DNA of 64,000 nucleotides, from contig CAZRED010000001.1 in the NCBI GenBank assembly GCA_964599405.1, forward strand, positions 149,942-213,941, read 5' to 3'. Position numbers and translations under genes: made by a program. This DNA comes from an uncultured Candidatus Saccharibacteria bacterium. Its GTDB lineage: Bacteria; Patescibacteriota; UBA1384; 2-12-FULL-50-11. Each line of letters begins with the position of its first letter. The stretch's first letter is position 1. Below the pieces are notes generated by a model. That model ran no database searches. It saw only the letters and a program-made list of their open reading frames with translations, and had not been told where the DNA came from. Positions 47,871 through 58,568 of the stretch are shown piece by piece.

Positions 47871-48938
47871 ATGAATGACGTCTATTACCTAATCGGCGGA
47901 GTGATTTTGGGCGCGGGGATTGTCTACGCGGTAATGCGTCACCGTCAAACCGATTTCTCCAAAATTAGCGAACAATTCCTTGGTTTAGCCAAAGAACGAT
48001 TGGGCGCGGAAAAAGAGGTGATCAGAACCGATCTTGAAGGCAAAAAAGACGCGATTAAAACCCTGGTAGACGAAATCCGCAAACAGCTCAAAGACACCGA
48101 CGACAAATTGCGAGCCAGCGACAAAGAGCGGATTAATTCGTTTTCCACCCTGAAAGCCGAGCTTGAGAACCAACGTCAACTAACCCACGAACTACGGGGC
48201 AGTGCCGAAGATTTAAAGCGCGTGCTCTCCAATAATCAGATGCGCGGCGCTTTCGGCGAACGAGTGGCCGAAGACCTGCTAAAAATGGCCGGTTTTGTAA
48301 TTGGCCAGGACTACACCGTTCAAACCCAAGCTGGCTCCACTCGCCCGGATTTAACGCTGCTAATGCCGGACGGCACGAAAGTCCAAATTGACGTTAAGTT
48401 CCCTTACTCCAACCTCCAACGCTTTACCGAAGCTAAGACCGAAGAAGAAAAGCAAAAATACATCAAACTCTTCAAGGCCGACGTTAAAGAAAAAATTAAG
48501 CAAATCGCCAGCCGCGACTACATTAACCCGGACGAAAAAACGGTGGATTTTGCGATTGCTTTTATCCCCAACGAAATGATTTTCAGCTTCATCTACGACC
48601 AGATGAACGATATTTGGGAGGATGGCATGCATAAAAAAGTAGTATTGGCTGGACCGTTTAGCTTTACGGCCATGTTGCGCTTAATCCGCCAAACGCACTC
48701 GAATTTCCAGTTCCAGGAAAATATCCACCAGATTATTTCGTTAATCCAAAAATTCCGTGGCGAGTACGACAAATTTAGCGAGTCGGTGGATGTGCTTGGT
48801 GCCCGGTTGGAATCAGCCAGCAAACAGTTTGAAGTGGTTTCCTCCACTCGTTCCCGCCAGCTTGGCCGAGTGATGGACCAAATTGACAACCAGCAGCTTC
48901 CCGCCGCGCCAAAAAGCGACCGACTTCTGGAGGAGTAA
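47871..48938 (+). CDS. rmuC: DNA recombination protein RmuC
   Basis: TM + coiled coil; RGAFGE, RPD..IDVKFP, FIPNE. Confidence 0.92.
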   Translation: MNDVYYLIGGVILGAGIVYAVMRHRQTDFSKISEQFLGLAKERLGAEKEVIRTDLEGKKDAIKTLVDEIRKQLKDTDDKLRASDKERINSFSTLKAELENQRQLTHELRGSAEDLKRVLSNNQMRGAFGERVAEDLLKMAGFVIGQDYTVQTQAGSTRPDLTLLMPDGTKVQIDVKFPYSNLQRFTEAKTEEEKQKYIKLFKADVKEKIKQIASRDYINPDEKTVDFAIAFIPNEMIFSFIYDQMNDIWEDGMHKKVVLAGPFSFTAMLRLIRQTHSNFQFQENIHQIISLIQKFRGEYDKFSESVDVLGARLESASKQFEVVSSTRSRQLGRVMDQIDNQQLPAAPKSDRLLEE

Positions 48939-48960
48939 GGTTTAGGGTAAAATCTGGTAG

Positions 48961-50421
48961 ATGACACAGGCGCCAAAGCCGGAATCAGTTGTTCGGTTGG
49001 AAAAGTTAGCGGAGCTGAAGAAGCTCGGAATCAACCCGTTTCCGGCAACTACGCCGGCTTATATTACGATTGAAGAAGCCCGAACCAAGAAAAATAGCGC
49101 CAAGTTGGCCACGGTCGGACGAATTACTGGTGTCCGCGGCCACGGTGGTTCGGCGTTTTTGGATATTGAAGACGAAGGCCATAAGCTCCAGCTTTTCTTC
49201 AAAAAAGACGAAGTTGGCAAAGACTACGACTTACTAAAGCTACTCGACCACGGCGACTATATCTGGGTGGAAGGTGAGATTTTTACGACCAAGGCCGGGG
49301 AGTTGTCGCTAAAAGCCACTAAATTCCAGCTATTAGCCAAATCGCTACTGCCGGTACCAGATGGCTGGCATGGTTTGAGCGATGTCGAAACCCGCTATCG
49401 CCAGCGGACAGTTGACTTTAAAGCTAACGATAAAGCCCGGGAAATTATCGTCACCCGTTCAATGGTGGTGGAAGCCATCCGCGAGTTTTTCGTCCGCCAC
49501 GGCTTTATGGAGATCCACACCCCTGTTTTGCAGCCGATTCCCGGTGGAGCAATGGCCAAGCCGTTTATCACCCACCACAATGCCTTGGACGCCGATTTTT
49601 ACCTGCGAATCGCCCCGGAGCTCTACCTGAAGCGCCTGATAGCTGGCGGTTTTAACCGAGTTTTTGAGATTGGCCCGAACTTCCGTAATGAAGGTTTGAG
49701 CCATATGCACAACCCGGAATTTTACTCGGCCGAAGCCTATTGGGCGTATCAAGATTATGTTGGTTTTATGAAAGCCACCCAAGAACTAATCCAAGAATTG
49801 GTCAAGAAAGTCCATGGCTCACTGAAAATCACCTACCAGAACCAGAAAATCGACTTTTCTGGTGACTTTAATACCGTTAAATACGCCGATTTAATCAAGA
49901 AAGACACCGGCATCGACATCGCCAAAGAAAATGACTTCGATAAACTCAATGCGGCGGTGAAAAAAGCCAAAATCACCTTCGATAACCAAAATATTAAGGT
50001 TTGGAGCGAGATGGTGGATGAACTGTTTAAAAAAGTTAGCCGGCCAAAAATCGTCCAGCCAACTTTTGTCGTTGACTACCCGTTAGTAACTACCCCGTTA
50101 GCCAAGAAACACCGCGATAACCCCGAATTAGCCGAGAGATTCCAGCTGATTGTTGCCGGTGGTTTCGAACTAGTTAACGCCTATACCGAGTTGAATGACC
50201 CAGTTGACCAAGAAAATCGCTTCCGTGAGCAGCTGAAAATGAAACAACAGGGCTGGGAGGAAGCCCAAATGCTCGATGAGAACTTTGTGGAAGCCCTGAA
50301 GTTCGGCATGCCGCCCACTGCCGGCTGGGGCATGGGGATTGAGCGGTTAGTGATGGTTTTAACCAACCAGCACTCGATCAAAGAAGTGATCCCTTTTCCA
50401 ACATTGCGGCCAATAAAATAG
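48961..50421 (+). CDS. lysS: Lysine--tRNA ligase (class II)
   Basis: ETRYRQR, LRIAPELYLKRL, FRNEG, GMPPTAGWGMGIERL. Confidence 0.98.
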   Translation: MTQAPKPESVVRLEKLAELKKLGINPFPATTPAYITIEEARTKKNSAKLATVGRITGVRGHGGSAFLDIEDEGHKLQLFFKKDEVGKDYDLLKLLDHGDYIWVEGEIFTTKAGELSLKATKFQLLAKSLLPVPDGWHGLSDVETRYRQRTVDFKANDKAREIIVTRSMVVEAIREFFVRHGFMEIHTPVLQPIPGGAMAKPFITHHNALDADFYLRIAPELYLKRLIAGGFNRVFEIGPNFRNEGLSHMHNPEFYSAEAYWAYQDYVGFMKATQELIQELVKKVHGSLKITYQNQKIDFSGDFNTVKYADLIKKDTGIDIAKENDFDKLNAAVKKAKITFDNQNIKVWSEMVDELFKKVSRPKIVQPTFVVDYPLVTTPLAKKHRDNPELAERFQLIVAGGFELVNAYTELNDPVDQENRFREQLKMKQQGWEEAQMLDENFVEALKFGMPPTAGWGMGIERLVMVLTNQHSIKEVIPFPTLRPIK

Positions 50422-50448
50422 CTCCATCATAAATATCACTCTAACCCC

Positions 50449-50476
50449 TTGACTTTTCTCGAGAATCTGCTATAAT
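50449..50476 (+). promoter_or_regulatory. Sigma70-type promoter
   Basis: TTGACT-N16-TATAAT. Confidence 0.6.
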
Positions 50477-50532
50477 TCCGGCACAACGTTCGAGCAGCTT
50501 CAAGCTGCTTTGGGCGCGCAAGTAGGACAAAC

Positions 50533-51213
50533 ATGAAGGCAAATATTTTACTCGCAGTCTTTGTACTGGCTGCGCTTTCGAGCGCCCAGTACGTTCAGCG
50601 GCCTGAAGAAACGGAACCAATTCGGCAGCAGGAAACCACAACTGTGGAGACCGGCTCGCCGCAGACAACCGACCTAGAGCCGACCGACCAGGGTTACCAA
50701 CAGCCGACTAACACCGGGCAACAGTCCGGTGTGGACGAGCAAGGGCGTCTCCGTCAGGAGAAAGCGTTGCGCGAGCGCGATCGTGAATGGTTTCAGTCCG
50801 TATTGGACAGCCCCGGCATGGTTAAAGATCACGGTTCGGCAAGTAAGAAACTTGCTAAAACCAACAATCGTTTAGCCGTGCTTGAGAAAAAACTCAACGA
50901 TCTGGCCAACGAAACACGCCGCGGGCTAAACAAGCACCGACAGGAGATTGACGCACTCAACAAGAGGGTTGATGACATCTGGGGATCGGAAGAGGCTAAA
51001 GCACTCAAAAGCTCACTCAAGAAGGAGCTGCTTAGCGAGCTGGCCGCCCCACCCGAAGATGCCGGCCAAGAGGTTGCCGACACCCAAGAAAAAGGTAACA
51101 CCTTCTACTGGATTGTTGGAGTCTTTGTTTTGGCTTTGGTGGTGCTGGGGTACCTAATGTTTGGAAGAAAGCCCCAGAAAGAAACGCCCGAAGAAAAAAG
51201 CGAGACTCCCTAG
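50533..51213 (+). CDS. Exported coiled-coil protein with C-terminal TM
   Basis: Signal peptide, coiled-coil, FYWIVGVFVLALVVLGYLMF. Confidence 0.7.
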   Translation: MKANILLAVFVLAALSSAQYVQRPEETEPIRQQETTTVETGSPQTTDLEPTDQGYQQPTNTGQQSGVDEQGRLRQEKALRERDREWFQSVLDSPGMVKDHGSASKKLAKTNNRLAVLEKKLNDLANETRRGLNKHRQEIDALNKRVDDIWGSEEAKALKSSLKKELLSELAAPPEDAGQEVADTQEKGNTFYWIVGVFVLALVVLGYLMFGRKPQKETPEEKSETP

Positions 51214-51225
51214 CTCTCGCACCCC

Positions 51226-51255
51226 GCCTGGTCGCACCCGCGACCAGGCTTTTTT
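51226..51255. terminator. Intrinsic terminator
   Basis: GCCTGGTCGC-ACCC-GCGACCAGGC-TTTTTT. Confidence 0.75.
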
Positions 51256-51256
51256 A

Positions 51257-53197
51257 TTACTGTTTTTTGCGTTTCTTGTTGATACGTTCGGTCAACATAT
51301 CTAATTGCTGCTGGTTTAGTTCGGTGTGAGTTTCAATTTTATTGTTACGGTTGTCGAAAACATTAAGTGAGAAATGATCCCTCTTAATAGCATCTCGGTG
51401 ATTATTAACAGTGTGTGAATAGTAGTAGGTATGGCCATTTTTGTCTGAAAAGACAATCCGGCGCGTCTCTACACCGGGCTCTGGCTCTTTAATGTTCATA
51501 GTCTCGACGCCTTCCCACTCTTCTTTCGATTCGGGAGCGCTCACCCCCTGAAAAATGTTGTCAAACCGGTCAAAGTTAGTAGTAGCTTCTTCGTTACCGG
51601 CTGGTTTTTCTTCTGAAATACCGCCGTTTATTGGCACGCGAACTTCTTCGTCGTATTTCGGTCCGCTGCCGGGGACGCTCGGTTCTTGCTGGGCTGCAGC
51701 TGCGCCCGCTTCCCACTGTTCCCACGCCCGATCCGTCACCGAACCTTCGTCCGAAGGCGTTTTGGGCGGCTCGCCGCGGCCAGCAAACAGGTTGCGGACA
51801 AAGAAAGCCATATTGGCGGCGGCCACTGGTACCGCTTCCCGGAAAAACCCGGCAGTATTAAACACCGTCTGCGTCACAACCTCTGTGCTGATGCCAGGCA
51901 CTTTACCTAGTAACTCGGCAAACCGGCTATCGGTCATGCCGGAAAGGGTATGAACAACTTCACCACTATTCAGGGTTGCTGTTGTCATTTCGTAGCCGTA
52001 TTTGGCTGCTTCCGCCGTTTTAGCAGCCAGCTCGCCGGGGTTGTATTGGAAAACGTAGCCACCACTTTCGCGGAGAAGTTCGCTGAACCCTTCCTGGCTA
52101 GTAGAGGCAACCTGATTCGGGGTTATATGGCGGACAAAATGCTCAACAGTGTCTTTATCAAAATCGGCTGCAAACCCTTGAGCGGCTTCCTGAGTAGTAC
52201 GTTGGAATGTATCAACAACAAACGATCCGGCAAAACCACCGATAATCGATCCGCCAGCCGCGATCAAATCGGCGGTTTTTTCCCGCTTTCTTTCAAGAGT
52301 ATTTTTGGCTTTACCCAGCTCGAAAACCTTTTCCATGCCTCGGATTGTTGCCTTTTCGCCCTCGTCGCCTTCGCTATATATATTTTCTTCGGATTTGTAT
52401 TTTAGTTCGGCCACCAGCTGGATTTGCATATTCTTAATTTCCGCATCAATCTCTGCTTGACGCTCCGGAGTAGCGCTTCCCCGTTCGTCCAGCAAAACCC
52501 CCTCCTCTTGCTTTAGGCGAGCGGCGTAGGCAAAAACATCAGCTCGTGCCTCAATGGCTTTGAAGCGGGACTCCTGTTCGTTAAGATCAAACTGCCGTAA
52601 CAGTTCGTAGACGCCACGGAAAACTGCGCCGCCAGCCAAGGCCGCTAAGAAAGCTGGAGAGGCAACTGCGCCACCCAAGACCGCCGTAATCCCGGCACCG
52701 ACTCCACCGGTAACAGCAGTTTTAACGAGGTTTTTGCCAATGCGCCTGGCACTTTCCCGACTGAAAAAATTCAACGCTGTCTTAATCGCCTCTTCCCGTT
52801 GCTCTGGGTCCAGTTCAGCAACTTCCTTGGCGATATCGATGTCCCGACGTTCCCCGGCAAAAAAGACGGAGACGTTTTTAATAAACTTGGATATGGCGTT
52901 ACCGTCGTTTAGCTTGTAGCGTTCGGCCAGCTCTTTGTCGCTCGCCTCTTTAACAAGATCGATAGCACTCAACAGTACCGCTTCCCGCTCCTGTCGAGAT
53001 TCCGCAAGGCGGTCTGGGTCGGCTTCGTTAATCAGCGGCTCGGCATCAGCCGGGTCTTTTTCGGTCCCCTTATCAAAATCAGCCTCCGCCCGCCGGCTGT
53101 CGTCCTGCCACTGCTCGCCCGCTTCCGGACTGGCTGCGCCGATATTTTCTGGGCCAGCTGCTTCACCTGAACCTAGCCCGCCCCCTTCTACTGACAT
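51257..53197 (-). CDS. Large hypothetical protein, acidic/helical with Gly-rich hydrophobic segments
   Basis: 646-aa ORF downstream of the rpoD cluster. Confidence 0.7.
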   Translation of the reverse strand: MSVEGGGLGSGEAAGPENIGAASPEAGEQWQDDSRRAEADFDKGTEKDPADAEPLINEADPDRLAESRQEREAVLLSAIDLVKEASDKELAERYKLNDGNAISKFIKNVSVFFAGERRDIDIAKEVAELDPEQREEAIKTALNFFSRESARRIGKNLVKTAVTGGVGAGITAVLGGAVASPAFLAALAGGAVFRGVYELLRQFDLNEQESRFKAIEARADVFAYAARLKQEEGVLLDERGSATPERQAEIDAEIKNMQIQLVAELKYKSEENIYSEGDEGEKATIRGMEKVFELGKAKNTLERKREKTADLIAAGGSIIGGFAGSFVVDTFQRTTQEAAQGFAADFDKDTVEHFVRHITPNQVASTSQEGFSELLRESGGYVFQYNPGELAAKTAEAAKYGYEMTTATLNSGEVVHTLSGMTDSRFAELLGKVPGISTEVVTQTVFNTAGFFREAVPVAAANMAFFVRNLFAGRGEPPKTPSDEGSVTDRAWEQWEAGAAAAQQEPSVPGSGPKYDEEVRVPINGGISEEKPAGNEEATTNFDRFDNIFQGVSAPESKEEWEGVETMNIKEPEPGVETRRIVFSDKNGHTYYYSHTVNNHRDAIKRDHFSLNVFDNRNNKIETHTELNQQQLDMLTERINKKRKKQ

Positions 53198-53198
53198 G

Positions 53199-53525
53199 TT
53201 ATTTCGAGTAGCTCTCGCTCTTGAGTGCTTCGGATAAGCTGGCTAGTTCAACCTTGTATTTCAATGTTTCAGTAGTAGCTAACTGCTCAATTTCGATGCC
53301 GTTGTCGGTAAAAAACTGGCTGACCGCCCCGCCGTCGCCTTTTTCAAATAATGCTTTTAATTCGTCTAGTTTGACTTCGTCGAGCCGGTCGGCAATCTGT
53401 AACATTATCCGGTTCATCACCGTATCGTAAGCCTGCTGAAAAATTTCGTCTTTCTTTTCTTGAGGTAGATGCTCAAGATCAAGCAGCTCGAAGATGTTTT
53501 GCTGGAGTACCCCCTCCAATTTCAT
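53199..53525 (-). CDS. Acidic hypothetical protein (DUF5663-like)
   Basis: NIFELLDLEHLPQEKKDEI pattern. Confidence 0.65.
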   Translation of the reverse strand: MKLEGVLQQNIFELLDLEHLPQEKKDEIFQQAYDTVMNRIMLQIADRLDEVKLDELKALFEKGDGGAVSQFFTDNGIEIEQLATTETLKYKVELASLSEALKSESYSK

Positions 53526-53590
53526 AGCTTTAGCCTAGCAGAATTGCGGGCTGTTATCGACGTAAAGAAAAACCGGCATGTTACTGCCGG

Positions 53591-54475
53591 TTAAGAAACT
53601 AGGTGCTTAAAGTGGTCTTTCTGCAAGCGCAGCTTTCGAATTGCAGATGTCTCTGCATCAATGACCGTGTGACGACAGATGCTAAGTATCTCTCCAACTT
53701 CATCAAGTGTTCTAACAACGCCATCTTCTATGCCGAAGCGCAATACGATGACGTCTCTCTGTCGAGCTGTGAGTTCCCCCAGTACTGCTTTGAACAGTTC
53801 TTCTCGCACTAACTTATCTTCAACTTCGGACATTTGATTACTAGCTAGTAGTTCAACGATCGTATCATCGCCACTTTCTCCAACAGGTGTGTCAAGAGAA
53901 ATAATAGACTGCCCAGAAGACAACATATTGGCTACTTTTTCCGAACTGTAGCCTAGGTAGTTGGAGATATCGGCTTGCGTCACGGAATGCCGAAGTTTTT
54001 TCTCGAGTGCTTCCACCTCCTTTCGAAAACCGCTCAATGCGGTGGTAACGTGGATTGGAAGACGGATAGTTCTACCTTCATTGAGTAAACCGCGATTTAT
54101 CTTCTGGCGAATCCATAGAGTCGCGTAAGTAGAAAATCGACAGCCTCTGCTATAGTCGTAGCGCTTCGCCGCTTCCATCAGACCTATAAACCCCATCATG
54201 AAAAGGTCGTCCATATCCTGGGAGTAGGCTTTTCTTTCGGCGGCCTTTTTGGCGATCGACAAGACCAGACGAAGGTTGGCCTTGACCAGGTGTCTGTGCG
54301 CTTCAATACTTCCTTCTTCTTTAACCTTTCGGCCAAGATCTAACTCCTGTTCTTTGTTCAGAAGGTGATCTTGCGAAGTTACCCGGACAAGTGCCGAAAT
54401 TGATGACGAGCTTTCCAGCTCGCTCTCTTGTGTTAGTAACGAGTTGGTCGGCTTTTTTCTCATATCAAGTCTCAT
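53591..54475 (-). CDS. Divergent RpoD/SigA-family sigma factor
   Basis: LVKANLRLVLSIAKK, RFSTYATLWIRQ, RTIRLPIH, SLDTPVG, region 4 HTH. Confidence 0.88.
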   Translation of the reverse strand: MRLDMRKKPTNSLLTQESELESSSSISALVRVTSQDHLLNKEQELDLGRKVKEEGSIEAHRHLVKANLRLVLSIAKKAAERKAYSQDMDDLFMMGFIGLMEAAKRYDYSRGCRFSTYATLWIRQKINRGLLNEGRTIRLPIHVTTALSGFRKEVEALEKKLRHSVTQADISNYLGYSSEKVANMLSSGQSIISLDTPVGESGDDTIVELLASNQMSEVEDKLVREELFKAVLGELTARQRDVIVLRFGIEDGVVRTLDEVGEILSICRHTVIDAETSAIRKLRLQKDHFKHLVS

Positions 54476-54540
54476 ATGTGAACGTTCACTGGGAAATTAT
54501 AGCTCTAAAATGGCACAAACTCAATTATCAAGCCGGCAGT

Positions 54541-55659
54541 TTACGTCAAGTAGTCTTTGAGACGCGAGGCTTCTTCGTGCTTTTTCAGCTTCTGCAGAGC
54601 TTTGGCTTCAATCTGGCGGATACGCTCGCGAGTAACGCCGAACTCTTTACCCACTTCTTCCAGGGTGTGGGTGCGGCCGACGCCCTCTTCTGGCTCCAAG
54701 CCAAAGCGCATTCGGAGAATCTTTTGCTCGCGCGGCGTTAGAATCGCTAGGGATTCCTCGACGTGGCCTTTCATCAACTGGTAAATCGCCTGCTCTTCTG
54801 GGGAGATGGCCGTTTTGTCTTCGATAAACTCGCCCAAACTGGAATCGCCTTCATCGCCGACAGGGGATTCCAGCGAAACGGTTTCTTGGGAAATCTTCAT
54901 GATGTGCTCGAGCTTCTCCAGGTCAACGCCAAGTTTTTTGGCCAGCTCTTCGTGGGTTGGTTCGCGGCCCAGCTCTTGCTGCAGTTCGCGCTGGGTGCGC
55001 ATGTAGCGATTGATGGTTTCCACCATGTGAACTGGGATACGAATCGTTCTGGCTTGGTCGGCAATCGCTCGGGTAATCGCTTGGCGAATCCACCAGGTAG
55101 CGTAAGTCGAGAACTTAAACCCCTTTTTGTAATCAAATTTTTCAACGGCTCGGTGCAAACCCAGGTTGCCTTCTTGAATTAAATCCAGCAGCGACAGACC
55201 CCGGCCGATGTATTTTTTGGCAATCGAAACAACAAGGCGCAGGTTAGCTTCAGCTAAACGGCGCTTAGCGGCTTTATCGCCGCGCTCAATCCGCTTGGCT
55301 AGCGCCACCTCTTCTGGGCCGGTTAGCAATGGGTATTGCCCAATTTCCCGCAGGTACATTCGAACAGAATCTTCGGAAATGCCGGTTAAATCGTCTTCTT
55401 TGATGTTTTTCTTTTTCTCATCAACGCCCGGGATATCCAGTAGGGCTTTTGGTTCGCGCAGCTCCACGCCAATAGCGCTAAGGTAGCGCATATATTCGTC
55501 AATCATCTCCAAATCCTGCTCCGGTTCGGGAAACGACTGGAGAATTTCTTTGTAGGTAACAAAGCCGTGCTGACGGCCTTTTTTAATCATGTACATTAGC
55601 TCATCGGGAAAATCTAACCCGACGTCTTGTTTAACTTTTTTGGGAACCGCTTTTGTCAT
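54541..55659 (-). CDS. rpoD: RNA polymerase primary sigma factor
   Basis: [55 protein letters not shown]. Confidence 0.98.
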   Translation of the reverse strand: MTKAVPKKVKQDVGLDFPDELMYMIKKGRQHGFVTYKEILQSFPEPEQDLEMIDEYMRYLSAIGVELREPKALLDIPGVDEKKKNIKEDDLTGISEDSVRMYLREIGQYPLLTGPEEVALAKRIERGDKAAKRRLAEANLRLVVSIAKKYIGRGLSLLDLIQEGNLGLHRAVEKFDYKKGFKFSTYATWWIRQAITRAIADQARTIRIPVHMVETINRYMRTQRELQQELGREPTHEELAKKLGVDLEKLEHIMKISQETVSLESPVGDEGDSSLGEFIEDKTAISPEEQAIYQLMKGHVEESLAILTPREQKILRMRFGLEPEEGVGRTHTLEEVGKEFGVTRERIRQIEAKALQKLKKHEEASRLKDYLT

Positions 55660-55660
55660 C

Positions 55661-57394
55661 TTAGGAAGTTACCTCTTTTGTTAGCTGGTTGAGCTCGTCC
55701 ATTAATTTTTTCACTCCGGCAATATCGCCGGTTTCCTGGGCGGCTCTGATGGCTTGAGCCAGGTCGGTTTTTTGGTTCTCCCGCGCTCGGGTAGAGAGTA
55801 GGGCCAATTTTTCGTCGATCAACTCTGTTGCTGTTTCATCGGTCAAATTTTCCCACTGACGGGAAAGCCAAAACATCCACGAATCGATCTTCTCTGCAGC
55901 CTGCGAGTCCAATGGGTTTTTAACCTTAGATAGGAATTGGGTCTGGTTACTAACCAAAGCTTTGTCAGTATAACACTTCTGAAGTTCTCGAGCAATCGTC
56001 TCGGCATCGACGCTTTTCCACGACACGTCAGCCAAAGTCTTGGCAACTTTGGTGATTAACTTCGGTCGGTTCAATAATATCGCCAATATCTGCTCTTCGT
56101 TCGTTAATGCTGCCGACACGGCAACGGGTGAGGAAGAGGATCCGGGACCAGACTTAGACTTGGCAACAGCTGCGTAGACGCTATCAACCGACAGTCCTAA
56201 ACGAGTGGATAGGCGTTGGACGGCATAATCTAGCCGAGTCGGATCCACCAGTAAGCGTAGCGACGGCAGAACCGCTTTGAGGATGGTTTTCTTGTTCTCG
56301 ATCTGTTTAATATCACCAGCTTCGCTAATCGCTTGATCAATCAGCCAGTCGACCGCTTCTTTGGCGGCTTTTTCCTGAATAGCCCAGCCGGTTGGGTCGT
56401 TCGCCAACAGCTCGTCGGCGTCTTTATGCATGCCAAAATCCACCACCCGCGCGTTCAAATCAGCCGCCAGCAGCATCTCTATTACCTTTTTAGTGGTGTT
56501 AATGCCGGCCGAATCGTTGTCGAAAGCCAGCAGAAAGTTCTGGGTGTACTTGGAAAGGATCTGCAGTTGACCTTCAGTAATGGCGGTGCCGGAGCTAGCG
56601 ACAGCGTTGGTGACGCCGTAGCGATGAAGGGTGACCACGTCGAACTGCCCCTCGACCAGAATTACCGAGTCTTTTTCTTTAATAGCCGCTTTGGCGAAGT
56701 TTAGGCCGTAGAGAATCCGACTTTTATTGAAGAGCGGCGTCTCGGGCGAATTAAGGTATTTTGGCTGGGCATCGCCCAAAGTTCGGCCGGTAAAGCCAAT
56801 CACATGCCCCATCACATCGAAAATCGGGAAAATTATCCGCTCGAAAAACTTGTCGGGCGAGCCGGCCTTTTCCAAATCGGCCGCTGGGACGCCTTTTTTG
56901 AGCATTAAATCTTTGACCGAAATGTTCCGGGCAGCAAAACCCAGGCGGAAGTCTTTGATAGTTTTGTCGTCCAGCCCCCGCTTTTTTAGATAATTTTGGG
57001 CGACTTGGCCATCTTTGGTATCCCAAAGGATTTTTTCAAATATTTTGCTGGCCAATTCGTTAATCCGGTAGAGCGAGTCTTTTCGGCCCTGGCTTTGGTG
57101 CTCGGCTTGGGTACGCGGCTTCAACGTAACGCCGGCTTTTTGAGCCAACAAGCGCAAAGCATCGCCGAACTCTAAGTGTTCGGTTTCCATAATGAAGGAG
57201 AAATGGTCACCGCCCTTACCGCAGCCAAAGCATTTCCAAATTTGTTTCTGCGGGCTAACCATCAGCGACGGGGTTTTTTCCTGGTGAAACGGGCAGACGC
57301 CTTTGTAGTTGGCGCCGGCTTTTTTGAGCGTAACGTACTGACTAATTAGGTCGACAATATCCAGCCGCTGGCGGACTTCTTCAACTTCGTTCAT
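55661..57394 (-). CDS. dnaG: DNA primase
   Basis: [35 protein letters not shown]; start MNEVEE. Confidence 0.97.
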   Translation of the reverse strand: MNEVEEVRQRLDIVDLISQYVTLKKAGANYKGVCPFHQEKTPSLMVSPQKQIWKCFGCGKGGDHFSFIMETEHLEFGDALRLLAQKAGVTLKPRTQAEHQSQGRKDSLYRINELASKIFEKILWDTKDGQVAQNYLKKRGLDDKTIKDFRLGFAARNISVKDLMLKKGVPAADLEKAGSPDKFFERIIFPIFDVMGHVIGFTGRTLGDAQPKYLNSPETPLFNKSRILYGLNFAKAAIKEKDSVILVEGQFDVVTLHRYGVTNAVASSGTAITEGQLQILSKYTQNFLLAFDNDSAGINTTKKVIEMLLAADLNARVVDFGMHKDADELLANDPTGWAIQEKAAKEAVDWLIDQAISEAGDIKQIENKKTILKAVLPSLRLLVDPTRLDYAVQRLSTRLGLSVDSVYAAVAKSKSGPGSSSSPVAVSAALTNEEQILAILLNRPKLITKVAKTLADVSWKSVDAETIARELQKCYTDKALVSNQTQFLSKVKNPLDSQAAEKIDSWMFWLSRQWENLTDETATELIDEKLALLSTRARENQKTDLAQAIRAAQETGDIAGVKKLMDELNQLTKEVTS

Positions 57395-57444
57395 CGCCCC
57401 AATTCTAACAGGGAAATAACAGATTAAAAGCACAAACGCCCCTC

Positions 57445-57849
57445 TTGACTTTTAGGTGTTTTTATGGTATGGTATCGAAACCACTATGCGGAGAAGTGGA
57501 ACACGGAGGAAATGCACTTTTGCAAACAAATACTAAGGCGCCGCTAAGCGTCCAGCTTGAGAAATGTTCTCGGGCTGCTAACTTTCGCTCTCTTACCCGC
57601 CAAGCCCTGTCAGAGGACTGGCGAAGGATCGAAAAGATCGTCGAGATCGCCGAACGATCCGCCAATCTCAACGGCGAAAAAGAAGCGCTGCTCAAAGAGC
57701 TTCGCGAAATGAAGGAAACTCTCCCAAAACTTCGAGATGGAGAATTGGGTGCGTTCCTGAAGGTCGCTTGCCGACGGAGCAGCCGGATCACCACCTTACG
57801 GCGATTCCAGGTCCTTCAGCAAAACAAACGCGGCGTCAAAGAGCGCTGA
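57445..57849 (+). CDS. Hypothetical basic protein (start uncertain, likely downstream)
   Basis: ORF followed by hairpin 57859-57883; TTGACT-N17-TATGGT overlaps the listed start. Confidence 0.4.
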   Translation: MTFRCFYGMVSKPLCGEVEHGGNALLQTNTKAPLSVQLEKCSRAANFRSLTRQALSEDWRRIEKIVEIAERSANLNGEKEALLKELREMKETLPKLRDGELGAFLKVACRRSSRITTLRRFQVLQQNKRGVKER

Positions 57850-57921
57850 AACAAATCAAGCCCTCCCCATCGCGGGGAGGGCTAAACTTTTACCCTGAAA
57901 AAAGGTACAATTTCAAGCATT

Positions 57922-58011
57922 GGAGAGGTCGCCTAGTGGACTATGGCGCCGCCTTGGAAAGGCGGTTTGCTCGCAAGAGTATCGAGGGTTCGAATCCCTC
58001 CCTCTCCGCCA
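57922..58011 (+). tRNA. tRNA-Ser(GGA), CCA encoded
   Basis: GGAGAGG/CCTCTCC-GCCA, CCGCC-TTGGAAA-GGCGG, long variable arm. Confidence 0.96.
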
Positions 58012-58187
58012 GATTAAAATGTGGAACTTTTTTATGGTTCCAAAAGACATAACAAAGGAAGGAAATCACCGAAAGATCGCTTTTGGGCTGACGTGATGCC
58101 CAAAAAGGCTTACTTTGGGCAAGACCCCACTAGGGACTCGAACTAAATTTTCTCCTGAACCCTCATGAAATTGTGGAACTTTTCTGA

Positions 58188-58568
58188 TTACTTGGCTACG
58201 TAACGATTACCGGCTTTTGAATAGGCCTCTTGTTCGTACTTGTTATTACGGTAACCGTGCCGTGCCGACTCCAACGAATAGAGAAAAAAGTGAACGAACG
58301 GCTCTCGCTCATACTGTTGAACGTGAATGAGCTCGTGAACAAGATCCTTTTCGTCAGCCAAAGGCCCGAGCTGGACAACATTACCGTTCGCGAGTGCCCG
58401 GGCGCCTCGGTAAGCTGGGATCCAATCGAGCCACCAAAAGCTTTTTACTCGGAAAATAAGGGCAAAAGGCTTCATAGAAATCTTAACGCCTGTCGGCATC
58501 GATAATACCGCCCCGATTAAGCCAATTAACGTCCATGGCAAGTTGAGGATCAGAGCCAGGAACTTCAT
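58188..58568 (-). CDS. Hypothetical protein with HExxH (DUF4157-like)
   Basis: LVHELIHVQQY..YRNNKYEQEAY. Confidence 0.7.
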   Translation of the reverse strand: MKFLALILNLPWTLIGLIGAVLSMPTGVKISMKPFALIFRVKSFWWLDWIPAYRGARALANGNVVQLGPLADEKDLVHELIHVQQYEREPFVHFFLYSLESARHGYRNNKYEQEAYSKAGNRYVAK

